A stretch of 62,772 nt of DNA, filler included, from Chrysochromulina tobinii (taxonomy: Eukaryota), in assembly GCA_001275005.1 (NCBI GenBank). It is 7 parts of 7 records of this genome, joined end to end, with 100 filler letters (N's around TTAATTAATTAA, not from the genome) between each part and the next. Parts side by side here need not be neighbours in the genome. Positions count along the whole stretch, not along the records: positions 1 to 8,856 come from JWZX01001131.1; 6 more parts are not named here. One strand, given 5' to 3'. Positions within the stretch are counted from its first letter, which is position 1. Every line of letters starts with the position of its first letter. A program made the position numbers and the translations under genes. Below the pieces are notes generated by a model. That model ran no database searches and was not told where the DNA came from. It worked only from the letters and a program-made list of their open reading frames with translations. Positions 1-8,956 of this stretch are shown here, one piece after another.

Positions 1-5
1 CCATC

Positions 6-2345
6 GTGCTTTGCAGTGCGGACCCTTCAAGCTGTGTCCTCAGCGCGGCGCTGACGCGCGTGTTCGGCTTGCTTCGGGCGAAGTGGGGTGCCAAACCGCC
101 CTTTACGCTCATATCCGTCTTCGGCTCCGTCCACAACTTATACCGCAACTCTGATTTGAATGCGTCGTGGCGCGAGATGCGCAAGCTGTCCAGATCATGG
201 CGCCAGCGCGATCGTATGCTCACAGAGATGGTGGCGCGGCAGTACACCGGACCTGACGGAGAGATCACCTTTAGAGATCAAGATCTTGACCCGAATGCCA
301 CGGTCCTCCTTGTGGTCGATGGCATCAATACGAAGAAGATGAAGTGTGCCGACAAGACCAGCTACAACAAACTCGTTACAGAGCTTGTTCGTCACCTGGC
401 GGGCACGTTGCCCTCGCTGAGTATGAAGACTGGCAACTCCGACAAGGGCACTCTATCCGAAGCCTTCTCTTCGAGCCTTGCGATGGCCATGGATTCGGCT
501 TGCTCTGGAACTCCGCTCCTACTTCTGGACGCGCGAACGCGACCATTGCTGATTGCGTCGGATCGTGCGAGTCTGATTGAAGCGGCAAAGGAAGCCTGCT
601 CCGCGATCGGGGACTCGTTGCTTCAGGCAGGCCTCTGCGAAACTTTCGATACCTGCACCATCTCGTTTTTCCACAAGGTCCTGTTCGAAGATGGTATGAA
701 GCTCATCCAGACTACAAACGTCAGAGATGCTGCGGATACCTTGCTAAAGCGTCTTAAGCCATCGATGATTCCGCTTCATGAAGCGATCTCCTTTGCCAAG
801 GAAGGGCTTTCCACGCAAGCTAGGAACAATGAGCAGCGCTTCAAGCCACCGTCTGCACATCAGATTCATGAGGTGTGCGCGTCGCATCTTTTCTCTCCCC
901 GCTACTCTCTCATGCGCCCTGCGCTCGCTGCTGCGCATCCAATGGAGCTTCATATGCTCGCTTACCTTGCGGCTGCTTGGATGTCACAGGTGGCCGTATG
1001 GATCGCAGACAAGTACTTTCAAGACGCGTGGCAGCTTCTCCCCGATCGTGAGACTCGCGAGCAGACGGGCCAGACCTATCAAGATCTTTACCGGGAGCGC
1101 AGCACAGCAATGGCGGCCATCACAGCTACCATCTTGAGCTCTCCCAACGTTCACCACGTCAACTTAGATGACGAGGACGGTTCGAAAAAGCTGGTTGACC
1201 AGCTCGTCCGTCTCGACCGCCTCCCGCGGGAAACACCAATCGAGGGCTTGCTTCTGATGCAAGAGGCGTGGTGCGCATACGATGTGGCGATGCACCTCGC
1301 CGATCGCTACAAGGGCATCAGCAAGTTGATCTTCTTCTTACAGCTGCTTCTCATGTTTGCAGTCATGATGGCGACCGCTTTGGCAGCACTATCCTGCCCT
1401 TGGGCTGGCGAAGGCGAAGCTCACCGGCAGCTGGGCTCAATGGAGCTGGCAGCGGCGACTTCAACGAGCTTGAACCTCCTGCACAGTATGACGTCCTTGC
1501 CCCGCGCGAGTTACGTCAACATCGCGTTCATCCTCTCCGCGTTCGCCTCGGTTCTAATTTCTGTGGATTCCGTCATCAATGCAAAGCTGCGCTGGCGGCA
1601 GTTGCGCAACGGTGCCGGGACTCTGGAGTCTTACTTATGGTGCTACCGCACACGAGTAGGCTCCTTTGAGCTCGACCAGAATTCAGACTCACGCTCCTCC
1701 GAACTCGCCCTTTGCAATGCACTCATCCGCTGGCGTCAGGAGATCGTCTCTGGCGGTGACCTCCAGGTGAGTGGATTCGGCCAGGCATACCCAGAATACA
1801 TTTACAAACACGCGCAGAACACGGGCACTCTCCCTGATGGCGAAGACGACCACCACTCACCCGTGCAGCCGCAAAAGTACGTCGACTTGCGTATCATACC
1901 GTCGATTGCGTTTTACCAGGATCGGATCCCCAAGTATGCGATGGTGCGCTACGTGCTTCGCATGATGCTCCTCACGTCCACCGGGCTCTCCACCATGTGC
2001 GCACACTATCAGCTGATTATGCCGGTGGTCATTATCACCGGCTTCGCGGGTGCTGTGACGTCTTGGCAAGAGTTTGCTGATGTGTCGCGCAAGACTGAGC
2101 GCTACACGCGCGCCATGTTCCAGCTGCAGAATATGCTGTCATGGTGGAAGTCGCTCTCCGAGGTGGAGAGAGCGAGCAAGGAAATCATCTCGCAGCTCAT
2201 CCACACATCGGAGGGCATCATTTCAGAAGAGCGAGTCGCGTGGGTCTCGACTGCGAGCAAGCAGGTTGAAGAGAACGGATCCCCATCGTCCCCGTCGAAA
2301 AAGAGCACCAAGGCGAGGCGCGGGGATGAAGATCTGAATGCTTAG
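6..2345 (+). CDS. SLOG (LSDAT/TRPM N-terminal-like) domain fused to two tandem SLATT (DUF4231/SLATT_1-like) 2TM effector domains; 5'-partial; probable in-frame intron 873-989
   Basis: SLOG-like motifs: KWGAKPPFTLISVFGS, LDPNATVLLVVDG (cf. LDxNHTHFILVDDG) and TPLLLLD. First SLATT: AWCAYDVA...2 TM...LRWRQLRNGAGTLESYLWCYRTRVGSF. Second SLATT: YVDLRIIPSIAFY...2 TM...WWKSLSEVE...SEGIISEERVAW. GAG|GTGTGC...TCACAG|GTG defines a 117-nt in-frame intron. Confidence 0.8.
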   Translation: MLCSADPSSCVLSAALTRVFGLLRAKWGAKPPFTLISVFGSVHNLYRNSDLNASWREMRKLSRSWRQRDRMLTEMVARQYTGPDGEITFRDQDLDPNATVLLVVDGINTKKMKCADKTSYNKLVTELVRHLAGTLPSLSMKTGNSDKGTLSEAFSSSLAMAMDSACSGTPLLLLDARTRPLLIASDRASLIEAAKEACSAIGDSLLQAGLCETFDTCTISFFHKVLFEDGMKLIQTTNVRDAADTLLKRLKPSMIPLHEAISFAKEGLSTQARNNEQRFKPPSAHQIHEVCASHLFSPRYSLMRPALAAAHPMELHMLAYLAAAWMSQVAVWIADKYFQDAWQLLPDRETREQTGQTYQDLYRERSTAMAAITATILSSPNVHHVNLDDEDGSKKLVDQLVRLDRLPRETPIEGLLLMQEAWCAYDVAMHLADRYKGISKLIFFLQLLLMFAVMMATALAALSCPWAGEGEAHRQLGSMELAAATSTSLNLLHSMTSLPRASYVNIAFILSAFASVLISVDSVINAKLRWRQLRNGAGTLESYLWCYRTRVGSFELDQNSDSRSSELALCNALIRWRQEIVSGGDLQVSGFGQAYPEYIYKHAQNTGTLPDGEDDHHSPVQPQKYVDLRIIPSIAFYQDRIPKYAMVRYVLRMMLLTSTGLSTMCAHYQLIMPVVIITGFAGAVTSWQEFADVSRKTERYTRAMFQLQNMLSWWKSLSEVERASKEIISQLIHTSEGIISEERVAWVSTASKQVEENGSPSSPSKKSTKARRGDEDLNA

Positions 2346-2928
2346 CGAGTCCCTGGACAAGAGGATGCGGGACGAGTAATTTACGGGAGACGAGTGAGAT
2401 CACATCTCGCTTAATCTCGCTGGTGGAGGCTGGTGCATGCTAATACGCCTACGGAACACGTACGGAACACGGTGGGTGACGCATGATCGGTGCATGATTG
2501 AGATGGAAGAGAGCACACAGAGGGCTTGCATGCATGCAATTGCGCGCAGGCGGCGTGGCTGCCGGTACTGCTGCGTAACTGCTGCGTGCCTCCCATGACC
2601 GTTGACGACGCTGGACCTGCACCTGGAGCGTTTGACGACGGGTTTGCCGGGTTACAACTGTATGAGTTTGTAGGTTGAAGTGTGTACAGAGTAGTTTCGA
2701 ACTCAGAGCTCGGCCCCACAGGGCCAGCTCTTCTAGGGGCTGTTCGTCTTATTTTACGTTTTTTACCGTGTAATACCAGGGACATTTACGTTGAGGCGTG
2801 AATGAAGGTCGCTCGAATTTTGATTACCGACGACGGTGAGAGTGAAAATTAAAACGAAAATTTCAATATGTATGGCACGCTCTCAGGCGCGCCTCAGCGA
2901 AAGGAGTTGACCAATGAATCGACGTTCT

Positions 2929-3996
2929 TCAGCGTGATCTCCGCCCCCGGTTTTCTACTTGCAACGATTCTGCCATGGCTTGCACACGTAGCTGAGCTTC
3001 CGCCGTCAGGTTCTTATAGAGCGCTTGTACGCTCGGCCATGGGATCTTCTCCTTCCGATGCACATCGGGATCGTGCAGCACATAGACGTGATCCCACTCC
3101 ATGACGCGCACAAATTTGGTCTTCTTGAAGGTATTGTACGCCACAGGCAGCTCGTGCACGTAGCTGAAGAAGTGGCGCCACACCGACTGGTCGCCTGGAT
3201 CTGAGGGCGTGTAGATGCTGTTCAGCGCCTCGGAGTCGCGCTTCGAGGTCGTGCCGTTACCGTTCATGAGCGCTTGCATGCGCCCGTGCAACGCCTCGTC
3301 AGGCTCCAGTACCATGATCCCGGAGTTCATCTCCCAGATCGGGAGATTGCTGCGCTTCTGGGCCCAGCACTTGAAGCGGTAGACGAACGACGGCGACGGG
3401 AGGCTCACGAGATGATCAATATTGCGCAAGACCACCGCATCAGTGTCGAGGACTACGATCCGGCGAAACTGCGTGAGCGAGAGCACCGACAGCTTGGCAA
3501 ACGAACCCCAGTGGAAGGCACTCGCCCAGCGCGGCACGCGGATGCGATGACGAGTCGCGTCCGCTATGGTCAGTCGCAGCTGCGAAAACTGCTGCACGAG
3601 CGCCTGTTCGAAGCCTTCGTGGCGCTCGCCAGAGAGCAGCAAGTGAACAGGCAGCACTGAAGCTGCAGCCTGCAGCGACAGTAGCAACCTCACAATCAAT
3701 CGCATCGCATTCAAATACGACCGGAACGGGTCGGCTTTATACCAGTATCGGACCAGCGATCGATTGAAACCATAGACGATCACGTAGCTCTCGGCTCCAC
3801 GGGTGGTATCGCTGGGCTTAATGCGGATCCCGCTGGCCTTGCAATACGTGGTGGGGAGGCAAGTTGGCAATGATTGCCGCGATTCATGGCTGGGCCGAGC
3901 CGTGCGGTTGTACGCGCACTCGCACGACTGCGATGTCTGGTTTGGCGGCTGTGGACAGAAAGCTGGAAGGAGGAGCGTCAGCAGGACTTCTGCCAT
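2929..3996 (-). CDS. Glycosyltransferase family 8 (glycogenin/galactinol synthase-like)
   Basis: Motifs SFAKLSVLSL, VVLDTDAVVLRNIDHL (DxD), MNSGIMVLEP, GDQ and LPVAYN; hydrophobic N-terminus from ATG 3996. Confidence 0.85.
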   Translation of the reverse strand: MAEVLLTLLLPAFCPQPPNQTSQSCECAYNRTARPSHESRQSLPTCLPTTYCKASGIRIKPSDTTRGAESYVIVYGFNRSLVRYWYKADPFRSYLNAMRLIVRLLLSLQAAASVLPVHLLLSGERHEGFEQALVQQFSQLRLTIADATRHRIRVPRWASAFHWGSFAKLSVLSLTQFRRIVVLDTDAVVLRNIDHLVSLPSPSFVYRFKCWAQKRSNLPIWEMNSGIMVLEPDEALHGRMQALMNGNGTTSKRDSEALNSIYTPSDPGDQSVWRHFFSYVHELPVAYNTFKKTKFVRVMEWDHVYVLHDPDVHRKEKIPWPSVQALYKNLTAEAQLRVQAMAESLQVENRGRRSR

Positions 3997-4025
3997 CACT
4001 CGGGAAAGAGTGTGGGATGTTGACG

Positions 4026-4084
4026 TCTGTGTTAGTCAAGTCAAGTCAAGTTTATGTATAGACTTGACTTGACTTCTGTGTTAG
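4026..4084. mobile_element. 39-bp (TCAAG)n/(CTTGA)n hairpin insertion flanked by 10-bp direct repeat TCTGTGTTAG
   Basis: TCTGTGTTAG at 4026-4035 and 4075-4084; arms AGTCAAGTCAAGT (4039-4051) and ACTTGACTTGACT (4062-4074) are exact reverse complements. Confidence 0.7.
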
Positions 4085-4189
4085 CGGCAAGACCCTCTCC
4101 ATCAAGACTAGAGCTAGACTTGCATGCATGCATCGAGAGAATCCGTAGGTCCTGTTTGATTTGGGGCGTGTCAGCAACCTCGCACATGG

Positions 4190-5422
4190 ATGGACAGTCT
4201 TTGCGGAGCGAACGTGACCCGGCCGCTCCTTCTCTACGGCTCAGATGCAGGACTAGGCAATCGCTTTGGCGCGCTCCTTGCCGGCGCTGCCATCGGTGGC
4301 GTCCTCGGAAGGCCAGTATCGATGAAGTGGACACCAAAGAACATGTACGATCGCTCGCAGAATCGCTCCTCAGGCTCGGCTACCTCGCTCCTCGAGTTGA
4401 TGAATCTTCCATCTGCAGTGCAAGTGCTCGACTCGCTCCCCCACACGCAGTCGCGCTCAGCCCGCGATGCAAGACGTAATAAAGATACCCAGGCGGAGAT
4501 CATCTGGGATGCGAAAGAGCGCTTTGGCCCAAAATTCGTGTTCCCCGAGCCGTCGTTTGAGATCTACGCTCGAGTGCTCCCTCTCTTGCGCCGCTGCAGC
4601 TCGAAGCAGGGCTACCTTGCCGCCTACCGCAAGGCACAGGCGCAGCTCCGGGTGCGGTACGAGCCCGTGATCCTCTGTGAAGCGGACGGTGCTGTGGACG
4701 GTGCTGGATCCAGCTCGACGCCCCACCATACTGGAGACATGAATGGATATCGCGAAGGAGACGACGAGGCGGCTGTCACAGTGGCACCACGGCGGTACGT
4801 TGCAGTGGCTCCACGGCAGTACATGGCGCTTCACGTGCGCCGAGGGGATCGAGGGAGGTGGAAATCGCCCGACTCGACCAATAATACAATCGCCAGCATC
4901 ATGGCACTGAGTGCCAACGGCCTCAAGTTACCGTGGCTCGTAGTGTCCGACTCGGTCGACGCAGCTCAGACGTTCCAACGCGCACTCCGCCAGCGTGCAG
5001 GGCTGCGTGTGTGTGTAGTTCGAGGGCAAGGTCAAGGGCGAGTGGGCGTGGACGCCATCTTCCGTGCGACTATCGACGACTTCGGAGCGCTGCAGGCCGC
5101 GGCAGGCGTGATCACCGATGTCTCGAGCTGGGGGACCTGGATCGAGTCTTCGTTCTCGACCGTCGCAGCCCTCTCCGGTGCCACCCCCCTACTCTACCCT
5201 TGGAACTCGAGCACGCGGATGACGGTGTGCCGGTACTGCCGCACGAATGCGAGCAGGAGGGAGAAGCTCCTCACCCCGGTCGAGGCGGAGGTGGAATTCA
5301 ACAATGGCGAGCCGATGAGCGGCATCTTCTTCCTCGATAGCCTGGATGCTTTCAGGTCTGCCGTGCTTACTGCAGGTGTGAGTCGCGTTAGACCGTTCGC
5401 GTTGGGGGCGGGATCTGTTTAA
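4190..5422 (+). CDS. Putative GDP-fucose-dependent fucosyltransferase-like protein (GT11/GT23/NodZ-type GT-B motifs)
   Basis: N-terminal AGLGNR, ALHVRRGD (motif I) and WLVVSDS (motif II). Confidence 0.6.
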   Translation: MDSLCGANVTRPLLLYGSDAGLGNRFGALLAGAAIGGVLGRPVSMKWTPKNMYDRSQNRSSGSATSLLELMNLPSAVQVLDSLPHTQSRSARDARRNKDTQAEIIWDAKERFGPKFVFPEPSFEIYARVLPLLRRCSSKQGYLAAYRKAQAQLRVRYEPVILCEADGAVDGAGSSSTPHHTGDMNGYREGDDEAAVTVAPRRYVAVAPRQYMALHVRRGDRGRWKSPDSTNNTIASIMALSANGLKLPWLVVSDSVDAAQTFQRALRQRAGLRVCVVRGQGQGRVGVDAIFRATIDDFGALQAAAGVITDVSSWGTWIESSFSTVAALSGATPLLYPWNSSTRMTVCRYCRTNASRREKLLTPVEAEVEFNNGEPMSGIFFLDSLDAFRSAVLTAGVSRVRPFALGAGSV

Positions 5423-5697
5423 GGTGCCGTGCCGGGCGCGGGCGGGGTTGGGCTTGGCCTTGGGGCCGGGCGCGGCGGGGATAACAACCTCTCGCGGTAT
5501 TGCTATTGGCGGTCGACCGTGTAATCACTAATTTTAATCTAAATATCGTGAATACTACCTCGAAGAAAAACGGATACATGTACCTCGCATCACCCCCGTG
5601 TCGTGGTGTCCCGGCGGCCCCCGGTCGGCCGTCGCGCCTCGGCGTCCGCGTCACGCCGTGCGACACAGAGGGAGCCCGTCGCGTCCATTCTGTCTCG

Positions 5698-8055
5698 TCA
5701 AGTTGTCTGGATCATGCGCTTCGCCGGATCGAAGACGAAGCGCTTGTACCGCAAGAGGAGCCTCGACTTGTGGCAGGCCTCCTGCAGCCCCTCGACGCCG
5801 CCCGCGCTGTCGGGGAACACGCACTTGAACTTGGTCTTCCCAAACGTGCCGTCGATGCGCCCGACGGGCCCATCATCACCGAGCTGGACAGTCATGCCCA
5901 CGAACAGGTTCATGTCGGTCCCAGGAGAGAAGAGGGCTTTGCAGATGACCGTGTTCGCGTCCTGGACGCGCTCGATCTGGCCCTCCTTGACCTTGCGCTT
6001 GAAGATCTTGAGCGCGTGCAACTCGGCGTCCGAGACAGAGCGCAGCATGAGCCCGTGGAACGCAAGCCGGCACGAGGACGTCTCCGAGGCGCCGTCGAGG
6101 TGGGAGCCGATGGCCACAGCGGGCAGTGCGCAGGGCACCGGCGTCTCTAGCTGGATCACGGCCCACTGGTCAGCAGAGTCCGGGTCGAGCTCATCGCAGT
6201 GCTCGTACTCGGCCGTTGCGTCAAAGTGCGTGCGCAGCGGCGTGCGTGCGAGGGCGACCGCCGCCGCAACTGCCTTGGCCTTCTCCTCTTCCGAGACTGC
6301 GAGCCCCTCCTCGCTCTTACGCTTGGGCGCGTCGCGCGGCGGCCCAAAGAAGGTGGTGGTGCCCATCACGGTCGTGTGCCCGACGGTGATGTGGAACTTG
6401 ACGCCCGTGCGGCAGGCGGCCTTGAAGAATCGGATCTGGCGCACCGAGACGAGGGCGGCCGAGATGAGGGTCACGTGCCCTTGCGTGCACGCGATGCCGC
6501 GCTCGAGTGCCTTGGAGTCGAGTTGCGTGACGCAGACGCCGACGCGGTCGCCCTGGGTCGCCTTAGTGACCGGCTTCTTGAACATCTGCATCGACTTGAT
6601 CTTGCGCGTTTGCTTGAGCTCCGGGAAGTCGATCTCCATCCCCACCCCCAGCGAGCCCGAGAGCACGGTGCCGGTGACCACTGTGCCTTGCCCTTTGATC
6701 GGGAAGCAGTGGTCGATGGCGAAGAGCAGAGGCCCATCCGGATCGCGCTGTGGAAGCACAATCTGCGCACGGAGCGCCGCGAGCAGCTCCGCGATGCCTT
6801 CGGGCGCCGTCGTGGGCGCCGCGCACGCGGCGAGCGCGTCGCTCGCGCCCACGACGGCGCCCGACTCCGCCGCGGGCTCGGCGCCGATGACGGCGCCAGT
6901 CGTCTCGGGCGGCGGCTTCGCGTCGGCATAGTCCGTCCCGCCTCCCGGATGCGCAGCGACGGCGACCATGGGGGCGTCGGCGAATTTCGTCGTCGAGAGG
7001 GTCTTGCGGATGCGCGCCTTCATCTTCTCAAGGTCCGCCTCGCGCGTCGCAGCGGGCAGCACGTCCAGCTTGTTGAGCACCACGATGAGCCGATCGTTGG
7101 TGATCTCGCCGATCACGAGGCACTCCGCAGTCTGGGTCTGGATGCCCTTGCCAACGTCGATGACGAGCAGCATCAGGTCGATGATCTGCGCGCCGCCGAT
7201 GATCGTGCGGATGAGCGACGCGTGGCCTGGGCAGTCGACGAGGGTGATCTGCATCTGCTCGTGCTCTGAGCCCTGTGCGACCAGGTGCGCTGGCACGTCC
7301 ATCACAAAGGAGGAGAAGCCCAGATCGAGCGTGATGCCGCGCTCCTTGGACTGCGGGCTCTTGTCCATGGACGCCGTCGAGGCGACTGTGGAGAGCGCGC
7401 GCGTGAGGGACGTCTTGCCCGAGTCGACGTGCCCGAGCACCCCCACGTTGATGTTCAGCGTGCTGCCGCGGCCCCACGGCCGAGGCGCGGCGGTGGTGGC
7501 AGCAGCCGAGGCAGCAGCCGGAGCCGGAGCCGGAGCTGGAACCGGAGCCGGAGCCGGAGCCGGAGCTGGAGCTGGAGCTGGAGCTGGAGCTGGAGCGGGA
7601 GCTGGAGTTGGAGCTGGAGCTGGAGCCGGAGCCAGAGCGGGATTAGTAGGCGGAGTAGGAGCTGATGGCGCGGCAGGAGTCGCTGGTGGTGGTGGTGGCG
7701 GTGGCGGAGTCGGAGCTGCTGCTGGAGGCGCCGGCGCTGCCGGTGGTGATTTTGCCGGTGGTGATTTTGCCGGCTTCTTCGGGCTCATATCGGATGCTGG
7801 CTTGCTGGCTGGCGCTGCGGCGTCCGGCGAGCTGGCAGTGTCTCCAGAGGCCGCCGCTGCCTCGCCATCGATCGCCTTGGTTTTCTTCGGCGTCTTGGGC
7901 TTGCCGCCATCTTCAGCCGCCTTTGGCTTCGGCTTGGTCTTCGCCTTGCTCGCCGCGGCGATGGCTGCGCGGATCTCGTCGTCGGTCTTGTCCGGAAAGC
8001 GCTCGCGCAGAGTCGCGAAGGCCGCGTCGGCGGCGCTCGGCGTCGTGGAACTCAT
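5698..8055 (-). CDS. EEFSEC: Selenocysteine-specific translation elongation factor (eukaryotic eEFSec/SelB) with ~195-aa Pro/Ala-rich N-terminal extension
   Basis: NINVGVLGHVDSGKTSL, DKSPQSKERGITLDLGFSSF, LVDCPGHASLIRTIIGGAQIIDL, VLNKLD, DHCFPIKGQGTVVTGT and SCRLAFHG; first ATG at 8055. Confidence 0.93.
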   Translation of the reverse strand: MSSTTPSAADAAFATLRERFPDKTDDEIRAAIAAASKAKTKPKPKAAEDGGKPKTPKKTKAIDGEAAAASGDTASSPDAAAPASKPASDMSPKKPAKSPPAKSPPAAPAPPAAAPTPPPPPPPPATPAAPSAPTPPTNPALAPAPAPAPTPAPAPAPAPAPAPAPAPAPAPVPAPAPAPAAASAAATTAAPRPWGRGSTLNINVGVLGHVDSGKTSLTRALSTVASTASMDKSPQSKERGITLDLGFSSFVMDVPAHLVAQGSEHEQMQITLVDCPGHASLIRTIIGGAQIIDLMLLVIDVGKGIQTQTAECLVIGEITNDRLIVVLNKLDVLPAATREADLEKMKARIRKTLSTTKFADAPMVAVAAHPGGGTDYADAKPPPETTGAVIGAEPAAESGAVVGASDALAACAAPTTAPEGIAELLAALRAQIVLPQRDPDGPLLFAIDHCFPIKGQGTVVTGTVLSGSLGVGMEIDFPELKQTRKIKSMQMFKKPVTKATQGDRVGVCVTQLDSKALERGIACTQGHVTLISAALVSVRQIRFFKAACRTGVKFHITVGHTTVMGTTTFFGPPRDAPKRKSEEGLAVSEEEKAKAVAAAVALARTPLRTHFDATAEYEHCDELDPDSADQWAVIQLETPVPCALPAVAIGSHLDGASETSSCRLAFHGLMLRSVSDAELHALKIFKRKVKEGQIERVQDANTVICKALFSPGTDMNLFVGMTVQLGDDGPVGRIDGTFGKTKFKCVFPDSAGGVEGLQEACHKSRLLLRYKRFVFDPAKRMIQTT

Positions 8056-8249
8056 GGGTGCCGAGCGCAAGATCGCGGTCTTCGAAGCGGTGTGAACATA
8101 TGCAACTGTCGAGGCGGAGCCACCTGCCTATAATCTCTTATACAACTGCGTGTTTCAATACATGTACCCGGTAGAAGTTGACCGCTCGCTCGCTCGCCGT
8201 CGCGGACCGCCGTCGCGGAAGAGAGCGAGCCCAGCTGCGTATCTGGCCA

Positions 8250-8856
8250 ATGCCGACCTCAGACACCTCTGAGAACGCGCTCCCCATATCGCCGACGTCA
8301 CGCGAGGGGATGCGGCACAGTCTTCGGATCGGCTCGGTCCTCGTGCTCTTCGTCGTAATGCTCTACGTCGGCTCTGGCGTCATGATCCAGATGCTGTTTG
8401 ATGAGATGCACTACGAGAAGCCCTTCCTCTTCTCATACGTGTCCGTGAGCCTATGCTCGTTCTACCTGCTGAGCTTTGGCGCGACCAGCTGCCAGCAGCA
8501 GTGCCAGCAGGTACAACGTGCCAGCTCGCCCCGGCACGCGTACAGCAAGGTGCAGGAAGGCGAGGCGAGCACGCAGGCGAGCCCGCTGCAACTGCTCCGG
8601 CCGGCGCTGCAGCTCGCGCCGTCGTACTTTTGCCTCAACTACACCTACTTCTTCTCACTCGACCTCACCTCCGTCTCCACGACGATGATCCTCTCCGCCT
8701 CCACGGGCCTCTGGACGCTTCTCTTCTCACGGCTGCTGCTCGGGCAGCCCTTGACGCGCTTTCGGCTGCTCACCGTCGCGGTGTCGCTCGTGGGCATCTC
8801 GCTGATCACGGGCGCGGCGCGCGGCGGCGGCCACGGCGGCGGCTCGCCCGAGGCCG
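8250..8856 (+). CDS. SLC35F/EamA-type (DMT superfamily) membrane transporter, 3'-truncated by contig end
   Basis: Several TM helices; YEKPFLFSY and NYTYFFSLDLTSVSTTMILSASTGLWTLLFS resemble SLC35F5-like proteins. Confidence 0.8.
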
Positions 8857-8956
8857 NNNNNNNNNNNNNNNNNNNNNNNNNNNNNNNNNNNNNNNNNNNN
8901 TTAATTAATTAANNNNNNNNNNNNNNNNNNNNNNNNNNNNNNNNNNNNNNNNNNNN
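8857..8956. other. Artificial contig-joining spacer (N44-TTAATTAATTAA-N44); others at 13451-13550, 24481-24580, 39229-39328, 56881-56980, 60872-60971
   Basis: The same 100-nt linker, with stops in all six frames, occurs six times. Confidence 0.98.

Noticed and set aside
5603..8095. Long plus-strand ORFs (442, 356 and 375 aa) opposite eEFSec; similar shadows at 30246-31595, 42838-44127 and 61675-62751
   Set aside because: Antisense shadows of high-GC3 genes with no motifs of their own.
8857..8956. Recurrent TTAATTAATTAA palindrome between N runs
   Set aside because: Artificial concatenation linker; genes on either side of any spacer are not neighbours, so no cross-spacer clustering was inferred.
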